Assembly: GCA_964423525.1 (NCBI GenBank)
Contig: CAYRFU010000001.1
Span: forward strand, 278-38,950
From: an uncultured Burkholderiales bacterium
GTDB taxonomy: Bacteria > Vulcanimicrobiota > Xenobia > Xenobiales > JADMJV01
Reading direction: 5' to 3'
DNA: 38,673 nt
Every line of letters starts with the position of its first letter. The stretch's first letter is position 1. The notes below the pieces were generated by a model that saw nothing but the letters and a program-made list of their open reading frames with translations, was not told where the DNA came from and did not search any database. Below are positions 7,709 through 17,317 of this stretch, in pieces. A program made the translations under genes and the position numbers.

Positions 7709-9367
7709 TTAGAAGCCGCCCATTCCACCCATTCCGCCCATTCCGCCCATTCCGCCCATGTCAGGCATATCGGGGGTTGCGCCTTTCTTCTCGGGCTTCT
7801 CGGTAACCAGGGTCTCGGTGGTGAGAACCATTCCAGCGATCGAGGAGGCGTTCTGAAGAGCCGACCGGGTAACTTTAACCGGGTCAACAATACCGACTTT
7901 GACCATGTCGACATAGTCGTCGTTGAGAGCGTCGTAGCCGTGACCTTTTTTGAGGCCTTTGACTTTCTCGACGATCACAGCGCCTTCTTTACCGGAGTTG
8001 TTGGCGATCTGACGAAGAGGCTCGACCAGGGCGGCGCGGATGATCTCCACTCCAACCATTTCGTCGGCGCTCAGGCCTTTGATCTTATCCAGCACGGAAA
8101 GAGCGTTGATGAAGGCGGTTCCGCCACCAGCAACGATTCCTTCTTCAACAGCAGCGCGAGTAGCCGAGAGGGCATCTTCGATGCGGTGCTTCTTCTCTTT
8201 GAGTTCGGTTTCGGTGGCGGCACCGACGCGGATGAGAGCCACACCGCCGACCAGTTTGGCCAGGCGCTCTTGCAACTTCTCCCGCTCATAGTCGCTGTCA
8301 GTGTCGTCGATCTGACGCTTGATCTGCTCGATGCGGCCTTTGATGTCGGCGTCTTTGCCAGCCCCTTCGACGATGGTGGTGTCGTCTTTGGTGACTATCA
8401 CTTTGGTGGCCTTACCGAGCATGTCAACGGTCACTTTGTCGAGCTTGAGACCGAGGTCTTCAGTGATGACCTGACCACCGGTGAGGATGGCGATGTCTTT
8501 GAGCATTTCTTTGCGGCGGTCGCCAAAACCAGGGGCTTTAACAGCACAAGCGGTCATGGTGCCGCGTAGCTTGTTCACCACCAGGGTAGCGAGGGCTTCA
8601 CCTTCGATGTCTTCAGCCACGATGAAGAGAGGCTTCTGAACCTGAACGACTTTTTCGAGCAAAGGCAAGATGTCGGAGATGGCCGAGATCTTCTTCTCCA
8701 CGATGAGGATGAAGGGGTCGTTGAGGACCGCTTCCATGCGCTCACTGTCGGTCACGAAGTAAGGGGAAATGTAGCCTTTGTCAAACTGCATCCCTTCAAC
8801 GTGCTCGAGGTCGGTCGAGAGGGTCTTGGACTCTTCGACGGTGATGACGCCGTCTTTGCCGACTTTCTCGATGGCTTCCGAGATGAGACCACCGATCTCT
8901 TTGTCGTTGTTAGCCGAGATAGCGGCCACCTGGGTGATGGCGTCGCCGGTTTCGACCGGGGAAGCCATCTTCTTGATCGCTTCAACCACTTTCTCGACGG
9001 CCAGGTCCATACCCCGCTTGATGAACATCGGGTTGGCACCAGCGGTCACGTTCTTGAGGCCGGTCTTGATCATGCTCTGGGCCAGAACGGTAGCGGTGGT
9101 GGTTCCATCACCAGCGATGTCGTTGGTTTTGGAAGCGACTTCCCGAACCAACTGGGCACCCATGTTTTCGAAGGGGTCTTCCACTTCGATCTCTTTGGCG
9201 ACGGTGACGCCGTCTTTGGTGATGGTGGGGGAGCCGAACTTCTTGTCGAGCACCACGTTGCGACCGCGGGGGCCGAGGGTGATCTTGACGGCATTCGCCA
9301 GAATGTCGGTTCCACGCTCGAGAGCTTTTCGGGCGTTCAGGTCATACTTGAGAATCTTAGCTGCCAT
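7709..9367 (-). CDS. groL: Chaperonin GroEL
   Basis: [47 protein letters not shown]-repeat tail. Confidence 0.99.
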   Translation of the reverse strand: MAAKILKYDLNARKALERGTDILANAVKITLGPRGRNVVLDKKFGSPTITKDGVTVAKEIEVEDPFENMGAQLVREVASKTNDIAGDGTTTATVLAQSMIKTGLKNVTAGANPMFIKRGMDLAVEKVVEAIKKMASPVETGDAITQVAAISANNDKEIGGLISEAIEKVGKDGVITVEESKTLSTDLEHVEGMQFDKGYISPYFVTDSERMEAVLNDPFILIVEKKISAISDILPLLEKVVQVQKPLFIVAEDIEGEALATLVVNKLRGTMTACAVKAPGFGDRRKEMLKDIAILTGGQVITEDLGLKLDKVTVDMLGKATKVIVTKDDTTIVEGAGKDADIKGRIEQIKRQIDDTDSDYEREKLQERLAKLVGGVALIRVGAATETELKEKKHRIEDALSATRAAVEEGIVAGGGTAFINALSVLDKIKGLSADEMVGVEIIRAALVEPLRQIANNSGKEGAVIVEKVKGLKKGHGYDALNDDYVDMVKVGIVDPVKVTRSALQNASSIAGMVLTTETLVTEKPEKKGATPDMPDMGGMGGMGGMGGMGGF

Positions 9368-9390
9368 GTCTCTTATCTTTCTCCTTTAAA

Positions 9391-9696
9391 CTACTTATCG
9401 AATACGCCGAGGACATCCGTCTGCTTGAGGATGACCAACTTTTCGCCTTCGATTTTGACTTCCGTGCCGGAATACTTCCCATAGAGAACGGTCTCGCCCA
9501 CTTCAACTTCCATGGGCACCTTCTTCCCGTTATCGAGAACGCGGCCGGGGCCGACGGCGATGACCTTAGCGGTCATCGGCTTCTCCTGGGCAGTGTCAGG
9601 CAGGATCACTCCGCCTGCGGATTTTTCCTCGCTGGGGATTGGCTCGACGACAATCCGGTCGGCCAGCGGCTTCAAAGTTAGGGTCTTCGTCGCCAT
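9391..9696 (-). CDS. groS: Co-chaperonin GroES
   Basis: LKPLADRIVV, SAGGVILPDTAQEKP, VAVGPG-like, KYSGTEVK; GGAGG RBS. Confidence 0.99.
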   Translation of the reverse strand: MATKTLTLKPLADRIVVEPIPSEEKSAGGVILPDTAQEKPMTAKVIAVGPGRVLDNGKKVPMEVEVGETVLYGKYSGTEVKIEGEKLVILKQTDVLGVFDK

Positions 9697-9740
9697 TCCA
9701 AAACCTCCGAAATTTTTTCTTGGAGCGCCGAGAGCTTATG

Positions 9741-9770
9741 CGACCACTCGGCGCCAGTGAGTTTATACCA
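9741..9770 (-). promoter_or_regulatory. groESL extended -10 element overlapping a degenerate CIRCE-like site
   Basis: Minus strand reads TGGTATAAACT; plus strand cgacCACTC-N9-GAGTttata matches 11 of 18 positions of TTAGCACTC-N9-GAGTGCTAA with the exact 9-bp spacer. Confidence 0.45.
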
Positions 9771-9825
9771 CCGCCGAAAAGGAAACCAAACGACAACAAA
9801 ATTAGAGTTGTGTTAGAAGCGGAGC

Positions 9826-10578
9826 CTAATCGCGGCTTCGGAGCTTGGCCAGGAGGCGGAGGATCTCCAGGTAGAGCCAGATGAGAGTGACCAGCAACCC
9901 GAAGGCCGCATACCATTCCATATATTGAGGCGCCCCCCGCTCCACACCCTGTTCAATGAAATCAAAGTCGAGCACCAGATTGAGGGCAGCCACCACGACC
10001 ACAAAGAGACTGAAAAGGATGCCGGCCGTGCCTGATTCGTGGATGAAGGGTATGCTGTAGCTGGCGAAAAGGCGTAAGCCCATATTGACCAGGTAGAGTA
10101 AACAGATACCACCGGTGGCCGCAAACAGGCCGAGTTTGAAGTTTTCGGTAGCGCGGATAAGCCGGGCCCTGTAAACGAAGAGCAGGGCGAACAGCGTGCC
10201 GAAGGTCAAGGCTACGGCCTGGATCACAATGCCAGGATACATCGCCTCGAAAAGGGAGGAAATCGTGCCCACGATGACTCCCTCGATCACAGCGTAAAGC
10301 GGGGCTGTGTAAGGAGACCAATCTTTCTTAAAGCAGGTCACTAAAGCCACGATAAATCCCAAAATGGAACTTCCGATGACGGCCGGGTAGAGCACTTCAG
10401 GGTGGGTATAGACCAGATTCCAAACCACGGAGGCCGCGGCCACGACCAGGCACAACAAGAAAAAGGTGCGGTGGACCGTTCCATCCAGCGACATCCGCCC
10501 TGGCGAGCCAGACACGGTGGTGACGTTGCTCGTGAAGGCGGTCTCGCTCAGGGTAGGGTTGCCAGTTCTCAAAGCCAT
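9826..10578 (-). CDS. Bax inhibitor-1/YccA family membrane protein
   Basis: About seven TM helices; LNLVLDFDFIEQG..GAPQYMEWYAAFGLLVTLIWLYLEILRLL C-terminus. Confidence 0.92.
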   Translation of the reverse strand: MALRTGNPTLSETAFTSNVTTVSGSPGRMSLDGTVHRTFFLLCLVVAAASVVWNLVYTHPEVLYPAVIGSSILGFIVALVTCFKKDWSPYTAPLYAVIEGVIVGTISSLFEAMYPGIVIQAVALTFGTLFALLFVYRARLIRATENFKLGLFAATGGICLLYLVNMGLRLFASYSIPFIHESGTAGILFSLFVVVVAALNLVLDFDFIEQGVERGAPQYMEWYAAFGLLVTLIWLYLEILRLLAKLRSRD

Positions 10579-10605
10579 GGCCCGATGATACCACGACCCT
10601 TCCTC

Positions 10606-11274
10606 TTAGCCAAGACCTCCTGGGCAAGAGCCGCCAGTCCACAGACCAGCTGGCACCGGCAAGTCCACGGCTTGTTCAAGCCTAGCCAAGAAATCTCGCC
10701 GTCGGATATTACGGGCCCCGAGACGGTGAGTGTGAGGCGTTAGAACTTGAGCGTCAAGAAGCTCAACTCCAAGCTGCTGGAGCTTTTGATCGAGAAAAAA
10801 GAGAGCCACCTTGGAGGCGTCAGAGACGCGATGAAACATAGACTCCCCAGAAAAATAGCCTCCTATCTGAATCCCGTAAAGGCCACCGACCAGGTGCTGG
10901 TTCAGCCAGACCTCCAAACTGTGAGCATGACCCGCCCGGTGAAGTTGGCTGAAGGTCCGGATAAAAAGGGGGGAAATCCAGGTGCTTCGATGATGGAAGG
11001 CACAGGCCCTGATCACGTCGGCAAAAGCCTGGTCGTAGCTGACCTGAAACTTCTGTTGGCGGATCACTCGCCTGACCCGCTTAGGGATATGGACCTCCTC
11101 GAAGACCGCCCGAGGATCGGGAGAGAACCAGCGCACAGGGCTCTCGGTCCAGGGAAAAATGCCTCGGCGATAAGCCCACAGGACTAACTCGGGAGACATC
11201 GTGCGCGAAACTCCGACCAGGCCGTCGGGCCCAGCCAGAGCAGGCTTAAGAAAGCGAAAAGAGGGGGACAACAA
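10606..11274 (-). CDS. aat: Leucyl/phenylalanyl-tRNA--protein transferase
   Basis: AYRRGIFPW, WFSPDPRAV, AHSLEVW, LVGGLYG, FSGESMF, DASKVAL. Confidence 0.95.
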   Translation of the reverse strand: MLSPSFRFLKPALAGPDGLVGVSRTMSPELVLWAYRRGIFPWTESPVRWFSPDPRAVFEEVHIPKRVRRVIRQQKFQVSYDQAFADVIRACAFHHRSTWISPLFIRTFSQLHRAGHAHSLEVWLNQHLVGGLYGIQIGGYFSGESMFHRVSDASKVALFFLDQKLQQLGVELLDAQVLTPHTHRLGARNIRRRDFLARLEQAVDLPVPAGLWTGGSCPGGLG

Positions 11275-11277
11275 GAC

Positions 11278-12030
11278 CTAAAAGGTCTCTTCAGGAGCGG
11301 AGTTCACCACTTTCTTCTTGAGACGTCCCGAGGTCAACACCCACAGACCTTTGACCCGCTCCACGGTATAGACGCCAAGGTAGGGGACATCCTTCCCACC
11401 CTCGTCGGCCACCATCGAGACGTCCACTTGGAAACGGTCCTCCCCTAATTCCACCACATTGATGATCTCGCTTCGCAAGCGGGTGGTTTTGGAATAACCG
11501 TCGGTAAACTGGGCGTAGGATAGCTCCCGCTTCCAATCTGGGGAGAGATGAGTATAAGCGCTCGAGAAGTCCCGACGAGACACGTTCTCGTAGAAATTCA
11601 TCACCTTCTCCTCGGCGGCTGAGGGAGTCTTGAGATTGGCTGGCCGGGTAAAGGTGAGATAGCGGCTTTCGACCCAGGCTTGAGTTCCATCCTCGAGAGC
11701 GACCTGGTCCCAATTGTCCGACTCCCCGAGCCAACGCACCTCCTCCCACCGACTCATAGTTTTCACCTCAGCCATATTCAGGCCCGCCTGTTGACGCGCG
11801 ACCACGCCATCCTCAGTGATCCAGGCTACTTTCAAGCGGGGCTTGTCGCTGGTTGGAGGAACGACCGGGCCAGTCGCTCCTCCAGTAGAGCTACTGGGGG
11901 GCGGTGGGCCGGGTTGGTCAGGGCCATCGCCCTGACCCACCTTGACAGCATAAAGAATCAGGGCGATCACAGCTATCGCTCCCAGAAAGGCCCCCAACCA
12001 GACTACCGAGGAACCCCGCGATGATGCCAC
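11278..12030 (-). CDS. Membrane-anchored SH3b-domain protein with an NTF2-like C-terminal region
   Basis: N-terminal TM helix, Pro-rich linker, WDQVALEDGTQAWVESRYL (SH3b-like), FYENVSRRDFSSAYTHLS. Confidence 0.65.
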   Translation of the reverse strand: MASSRGSSVVWLGAFLGAIAVIALILYAVKVGQGDGPDQPGPPPPSSSTGGATGPVVPPTSDKPRLKVAWITEDGVVARQQAGLNMAEVKTMSRWEEVRWLGESDNWDQVALEDGTQAWVESRYLTFTRPANLKTPSAAEEKVMNFYENVSRRDFSSAYTHLSPDWKRELSYAQFTDGYSKTTRLRSEIINVVELGEDRFQVDVSMVADEGGKDVPYLGVYTVERVKGLWVLTSGRLKKKVVNSAPEETF

Positions 12031-12338
12031 TATTCGATATCCAGAAGGGTGTCGAGATTGAGCAGACCAAAATGGCGACGAACCTCGGGGGAGCCCGGCG
12101 TGATGGTCAGTCTTCCGCCCCGCCGAATCAATCTCTTGGAAGCTCCCACCATCACCGCGATAGCGACCGAGCCGATGTAGTCCACTGCCGTGAGGTCGAG
12201 TCGAACGGTGGTCGCCCCCTGGGCCATCAACTCATCGAGCTTGGCCTCCAAATCGTCCTTGGTGTGAACGTCCAGGTCGCCGCGCAAATGAAGAACGGCC
12301 GTCCCTTCCAGCTCGGATTGTTCGATCGTCAGCGGCAT
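12030..12338 (-). CDS. STAS-domain protein (anti-sigma factor antagonist-like)
   Basis: VLHLRGDLD and LDLTAVDYIGSVAIAVMV (compare DL..V.YIDS.GL); 102 aa. Confidence 0.88.
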   Translation of the reverse strand: MPLTIEQSELEGTAVLHLRGDLDVHTKDDLEAKLDELMAQGATTVRLDLTAVDYIGSVAIAVMVGASKRLIRRGGRLTITPGSPEVRRHFGLLNLDTLLDIE

Positions 12339-12409
12339 AGCTTGGGTTTCCCCGAAGATGGCGATCCTCCCTCCAGCACGACCTTCCTCCGCTCCGAGGG
12401 CCTGAACCG

Positions 12410-13312
12410 TTGGAAAGCGAACGGACCCAGGTGGCCTCCATTCTGGTCATAGAAGACGATCCTGATCTGCGTGAGCTTCTGGTTGAGTCGTTACTCGACG
12501 AGGAGTATCAGGTGGTCGGTTGCGCCGATGGCGAAGCGGCTCTAGGAGTGGCCGATCAGAGAACCTTTGACATGGTGATCTCCGATATCCGCATGGCCGG
12601 AGCCGACGGGCTTGAGACGCTGGGCCGTCTGCGCCAGATGCACCCCAAGATGAGAGGGGTCGTGATCACCGGCTACGCCGACCTGGATGCTCCCGCCCGG
12701 GCTATCCAAGTCGGCGTCTGGGACTATCTGTACAAACCGTTTACGCTCGACCAACTCACAGAGTCAGTCCGGCGCGTGCTAGAAGCCGATCAGGAAACCG
12801 AGCAGGCACACGCTCTCCTAAGTCAGCTCTTTTCGGGCTATCGTCGTTTTTTGGAGGCCGTCTCCAAATCTCTTTCCAACGCCCGCGTGGCCACCGTGGA
12901 GAAAAAAAGGCAAGGAGCTTTCGGAGGGTTTTTCATCGCGACCCGCTCAAAAGGGATAGGTCGCAATCAGGCTCTTGATCTGTGGGACCGACTCGAGCAG
13001 CTGGAAAAAAACCGCCAAACGATGTTCCTTCAGCAGGATGCCAGCCTTTTTCCCAGCCTGCAAGAGGGCTACAAGACCATCCTGGAAATGCTCTCCCGTC
13101 TGACTCCCGAAGACGTCCCTCCCTCAGCCAAGCGCCCTGAGGGTGCCATCGCCATCGACCGCTTCCAACAGATGGTCAAGAGGATCGAAAATGGCCACCT
13201 GGCCGCCCACCTGTTGCCGATGGCTCCTTATCTCCGCCAGATACCGCCCGCCAGCCTGGAGGGCTCCGAGCAGCTCAGACAACTCTACGACCAGGTCTGG
13301 GGAGATTCTTGA
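12410..13312 (+). CDS. Response regulator (receiver domain plus uncharacterised C-terminal domain); start may be GTG at 12431
   Basis: ILVIEDD, DMVISDIRMAGADG, VITGYA, DYLYKPF. Confidence 0.9.
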   Translation: MESERTQVASILVIEDDPDLRELLVESLLDEEYQVVGCADGEAALGVADQRTFDMVISDIRMAGADGLETLGRLRQMHPKMRGVVITGYADLDAPARAIQVGVWDYLYKPFTLDQLTESVRRVLEADQETEQAHALLSQLFSGYRRFLEAVSKSLSNARVATVEKKRQGAFGGFFIATRSKGIGRNQALDLWDRLEQLEKNRQTMFLQQDASLFPSLQEGYKTILEMLSRLTPEDVPPSAKRPEGAIAIDRFQQMVKRIENGHLAAHLLPMAPYLRQIPPASLEGSEQLRQLYDQVWGDS

Positions 13313-14364
13313 CGCGAGACTACAAGAGGCTCCTCGTCTTGGCCAAGAGAGCCAGCGACGGCCAGGACCTGACGCCGATCCTGGAAGATCTGGCTCGTTT
13401 GATGGAGCAGAACCTTCCCAGCGCCGAAGGACTGATCGTGGTCGCGCCCGACTACTGGCCGTTTGGTAAAAACCGTTCGGTCGAAGCGCTGGAGCAAGCC
13501 ATGATGGAGACTCTGGAGGAATCTCCCAAGGTCCTTCTGCGCCACTTCTCAGAAGAAGCGGCAGGCCTGTTCGCCCGCAATCCCCAGCCTTTTCCGCCGG
13601 GAGAAAGAGAGTGGTTGGAGTTAGCCGCCGCTCAGCTCGGCCTGATCCTCACCCGCCGCGAACGCGAGGCGGCTCGCCAACAGCTGATTCACTCGAGCAA
13701 AATGGCCTCAGTCGGGCAGCTCACGGCCGGGGTGGCCCATGAGTTGGGCTCCCCCCTCAACACAGTCTTACTAGCTCTCTACAGTGCCGAGAAGAAATTC
13801 CAAAGCCAACCAGAAAAGGCCGTGGAACGTTTGGCGCGGGCACGAAAGGCTGCCAATCAGGCTCGTTCGGTGGTCGAGAAACTTCTGACCTTCTCGCGGC
13901 CAGCCCAGGTCGATGAGAACGCCATCGATCTGGCCCAGGTGGCCCGAGACAGCCTCGACTTTCTCGCCCATCAGATCAAAGCCGAGCAACTCGAGGTCAC
14001 TCTCGACCTGGAGCCCGCCCCCACGGTGGGGCTAGCGAGCCAGCTCCAACAAGTGTTGGTGAATCTGCTTTTGAACGCTCGCGACGCTCTGCGAGAGGTG
14101 CACGATTCTCGTCATATTCACGTGGTCACAGGTCAAGGCGAGGAGCTGGCCTGGTTGGAAGTTCGAGATAACGGCCCAGGCATCGCCCCCGACAATCTTC
14201 CCCATCTTTTCGAGCCCTTTTTCAGCACCAAGGAGATCGGCAAAGGGACAGGGCTAGGCCTTTGGGTCAGTCGCCAGATCGTCGAGCGCCAGGCTGGCAC
14301 CCTGACCGCCCGCAATCGAGATAGCAGGGGCGCCGTCTTTCGGCTGGAGATGCCGACTCGCTAG
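13309..14364 (+). CDS. Cytoplasmic NtrB-type histidine kinase with a GAF-like remnant
   Basis: H box SKMASVGQLTAGVAHEL, N box QVLVNLLLNARDA, DNGPGI, FEPFFSTK, GTGLGL; no TM helix. Confidence 0.93.
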   Translation: MTRDYKRLLVLAKRASDGQDLTPILEDLARLMEQNLPSAEGLIVVAPDYWPFGKNRSVEALEQAMMETLEESPKVLLRHFSEEAAGLFARNPQPFPPGEREWLELAAAQLGLILTRREREAARQQLIHSSKMASVGQLTAGVAHELGSPLNTVLLALYSAEKKFQSQPEKAVERLARARKAANQARSVVEKLLTFSRPAQVDENAIDLAQVARDSLDFLAHQIKAEQLEVTLDLEPAPTVGLASQLQQVLVNLLLNARDALREVHDSRHIHVVTGQGEELAWLEVRDNGPGIAPDNLPHLFEPFFSTKEIGKGTGLGLWVSRQIVERQAGTLTARNRDSRGAVFRLEMPTR

Positions 14365-15129
14365 GATCTCGGTCATAGAAGAGTGGAGGGAGCCGTTGCT
14401 AGCCAGCAAGTCCACTTTGGCGGTCAACCGAACTGGGCCTTGTGGCAGGCTCGTGACCCGGCCTCCGGCCTCCCGAACCAGAAGCACGCCAGCGGCCACA
14501 TCCCAGGGACCGAGTTTGAACTCCCAGAAGCCATCGTAGCGCCCCACCGCCACATAGGCCAGGTCTAGAGTAGCAGCCCCCATTCGGCGCACCCCACGAG
14601 CTCGAGTCAAAAAGGCCTCAAGCTGGCGAACGTTGTTGTGGGGGTCGGTGTGGCGATCATAGGGAAAACCGGTAGCCAACATAGCCTCGCCTAGCCGAGA
14701 GGTGGAAGCGACCTGGCACCTCTTCCCGTTGAGACGGGTTCCTCCATCCAGGTGGGCTTCAAACAGTTCTTCTTTGACCGGATCGTAAGTGAGAGCGACC
14801 CGAGGCTGATCGTCCTCGTAGAGAGCCATCGAAACAGCGAAATGGGGGAGCTTATGAGCGAAGTTGTTGGTCCCGTCGAGAGGGTCGACATACCAGCGCA
14901 GACCCCCTTCGCGACGGGCTCCCTCCTCGGCCACCAGACCGTGGTCGGGAAACTCCTTTTGGAGTCGAGAGGCGATCGTCTCTTCGGCCAACTTGTCAAA
15001 ACGAGTCACCAGGTCCACCGACGAACTCTTTCTATCAAAATCCGGGCTCTCTTGAAGCCCCTTTCGGAGAATTTGACCGGTCTCTAGAGCGATCGGCCTG
15101 GCTCGCTCTTTCACGGATTCCCAGTTCAT
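14254..15129 (-). CDS. suhB: Inositol monophosphatase family protein (SuhB-like)
   Basis: DLVT..D, AEEG, WYVDPLDGTNNFAH, ATGFPYD, RRMGAATLDLAYVA.GRYDGFWE, WDVAAG. Confidence 0.92.
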   Translation of the reverse strand: MNWESVKERARPIALETGQILRKGLQESPDFDRKSSSVDLVTRFDKLAEETIASRLQKEFPDHGLVAEEGARREGGLRWYVDPLDGTNNFAHKLPHFAVSMALYEDDQPRVALTYDPVKEELFEAHLDGGTRLNGKRCQVASTSRLGEAMLATGFPYDRHTDPHNNVRQLEAFLTRARGVRRMGAATLDLAYVAVGRYDGFWEFKLGPWDVAAGVLLVREAGGRVTSLPQGPVRLTAKVDLLASNGSLHSSMTEILASRHLQPKDGAPAISIAGGQGASLALDDLATDPKA

Positions 15130-15135
15130 GGCGTC

Positions 15136-15884
15136 CTACTTTCGCTGGAATTCGAAAACCCCGTCCAAGCTAGGCAAGTCGGCCAGGGCCCTGCTGACAG
15201 GGTCGTGGTCGAAGCGCTCCCCCCCTTCAAAACGCGAAATCTCGTCTGGACTTAAAGCCGAACCGCCTAGTTCCTGGCTTCCAGCAAGCAACCCGTTCAG
15301 CCTTCAGACATACTGAAAGCCGTTATCAAGGCGTTGCTGCTCGCGAACCCACCACTCTTCTTGGGCCCGGTTGAGAGTAGCCGTCTGGTCGACCTGGCTT
15401 TGAGCCAGCTGCTGGACCTGATAGGCGTTCTGGTTGCGTTGACCTTCCAGCTCACGGAGGCGACCTTCGTGTCCTTGTCGCTCGTTAGCTAGAGCGTAGA
15501 GACTCTGACTCAAGCTCGGAAGCTGTTGGTAGGCCAACCGTCCCGCCTCCGTTCCCTTTCCAGTTGCTGGCGTTTATAGCCGAGTTCTCGTTCCACCTTT
15601 CTCTGCTCTTCTTGCTCGATCGCTTCTTGCTGACGTTGCAAAGTTTGACGGTCTTGTTCGATCTGGCTGAGGGTGTAGGGAGTGGTATCGATCACCCTTT
15701 GAAGGTCGTGAAGCCTGCTACTGAGCCACTCCCACTGGTCGGTGCGGAGATAGTCCTCAGTATGATCCATGACTCTTTCCATGAAGGCGTCGTCTTCGTA
15801 GCGATCATCCTCCCCGCCGAACTGGAAGAATCCTCGAGACCAGGTATAGTGATCATGGGACTGACCTTGCTTTTTCTGTGCCAT
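15136..15884 (-). pseudogene. Disrupted coiled-coil hypothetical gene (one frameshift and one in-frame TGA)
   Basis: ORF 15884..15510 passes into the frame of 15537..15304 near 15551; after the TGA at 15304-15306 that frame continues RLNGLLAG...VFEFQRK to a TAG at 15136, just upstream of the suhB start. Confidence 0.6.
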
Positions 15885-15931
15885 AGTAGATTTAGTCTAC
15901 CTGGTCTGAAGAGCCAGGAATGTGAGCGGGA

Positions 15932-17317
15932 TCACAATCCTGCCCGAAAGTGGCCGTGAAAGCCGAAGGGAATGGCGTCAGGAACTTCGGCTCGAGCGAC
16001 TTCCTCCAGGCTGTCGGCAGCCAGCACCACCAGGTAAGAGAGGCCCCGCTCTCCGTCGAGCACTACCGCCAGCAGCACTCCGTCGCCCTCTTCGGTGGCT
16101 CCGGGACGTGGCACGAAGACCGGTTCGCCCGGGAAGCAGTCCGACTCTTTCCAGATTCGACTCGATCGCTCTTTCAAGTCCAACCGCACGATCTGATCGT
16201 AGAACCCTGGCGAGCGACTCATTCCGATTCCGAAAACAAACCGATAGTCGCGCCCCTGGCAGCGCTGGTAGTCAATGGTGGGAAGCTCAAGAAACTCTTG
16301 CGACTCCCACTCCAGGTAAGCTCGCCCGTCGGCCAAACGGTAGCGATGGAACCGACCGGGGCGAACGGGGGCCTCCTGACGTAGCTTGGAGAGATAGAAA
16401 TCGGAGACCACCTGACTGTCGGGGTAGCCGACCATATCGACCACCACCTCACCTTTTTCGCGAAACGAGTTGACATGGTGAAAAGCGAACACCGAAGGCC
16501 CCCAGTAGCAGTCAGTGTGGCCCCTCTTCCAATCGGCCACTTCGAATAAGGTTCCCCTCTCCGGCTTCCAACGATAATTCTCGATGAATGGTCGGCGTCG
16601 GAAAAGTAGCTCGAGGGGGCTAACGCAGAACGGGAAATTGGCCAACACGATAGTATTAGGAGCCATCCCAAAGCTATGAACATAGCTGACCTCGTGCTTG
16701 GGTAGAGTCACCAGGCTGCGCCTTCGGTGTTGACCCGGATCGAGAGCGTAAAACGTGAAATCTGTGTGTCTCCCGAAACGCAGCACGTAGTTGACCAGTG
16801 AGCCTTCCACCAGGTGGGGGTGGGCGGTAGTCATCCCTTCGCCGAGCTGATCTTGATAGTGGAAAACTCCCACCGTCTCCAGCGTTTGCGGGTCGAACTC
16901 GATCGGCATCGGAAGCTCGGTCAGAGCTAGTTCCTTCTCGCCCAGAGTGACCAGATTGACGTTAGGGTTCTGAGTCACATCAGGCACAAAAAGAGCCTTG
17001 AGCCGGCGAAAAAGTGACCAGCATGGGTCACTAGCGAAAGTGGGAAAGGGGATTCTTCCGTCCTGATCGGAGCGACGATAATCGAGACTGCGCAAGAAAC
17101 GGCGGGAATAGGAAATCTGGCTGTTCTGGAGACGGAAGCGATGGACCAAGGCTAGCCCGTCAAACCAGTGACGAAAAGATTGCTCCCCAAGGTCCCAACG
17201 ACCCGGACCGTTGCGCAAAAGCGTGCCCTGGAGCCAGCCGGGCAGTTGGCCCTGCACCTCCAAAGAGATCGGCTGGGCGAGTTCCTGGGCATTCTGATAG
17301 CCGAGGGAGTAGCCCAT
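15932..17317 (-). CDS. Carotenoid oxygenase family protein (RPE65/BCO-like)
   Basis: GQLPGWLQGTLLRNGPG and HWFDG; four Fe-ligand His in TAHPH, YVHSF, FHHVN and FGFHG; EPVFVPRPGATEEGDG. Confidence 0.95.
   Translation of the reverse strand: MGYSLGYQNAQELAQPISLEVQGQLPGWLQGTLLRNGPGRWDLGEQSFRHWFDGLALVHRFRLQNSQISYSRRFLRSLDYRRSDQDGRIPFPTFASDPCWSLFRRLKALFVPDVTQNPNVNLVTLGEKELALTELPMPIEFDPQTLETVGVFHYQDQLGEGMTTAHPHLVEGSLVNYVLRFGRHTDFTFYALDPGQHRRRSLVTLPKHEVSYVHSFGMAPNTIVLANFPFCVSPLELLFRRRPFIENYRWKPERGTLFEVADWKRGHTDCYWGPSVFAFHHVNSFREKGEVVVDMVGYPDSQVVSDFYLSKLRQEAPVRPGRFHRYRLADGRAYLEWESQEFLELPTIDYQRCQGRDYRFVFGIGMSRSPGFYDQIVRLDLKERSSRIWKESDCFPGEPVFVPRPGATEEGDGVLLAVVLDGERGLSYLVVLAADSLEEVARAEVPDAIPFGFHGHFRAGL

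Noticed and set aside
7712-7760. CCCATTCCG tandem repeat
   Set aside because: Encodes the ordinary GGM tail of GroEL
7940-9484. Long plus-strand ORFs antisense to groEL
   Set aside because: Typical antisense shadows of a codon-biased gene; no recognisable motifs
15304-15306. Selenocysteine or alternative-code readthrough of TGA
   Set aside because: Not in a redox motif, the same gene also has a frameshift, and TGA is a normal stop elsewhere in the window
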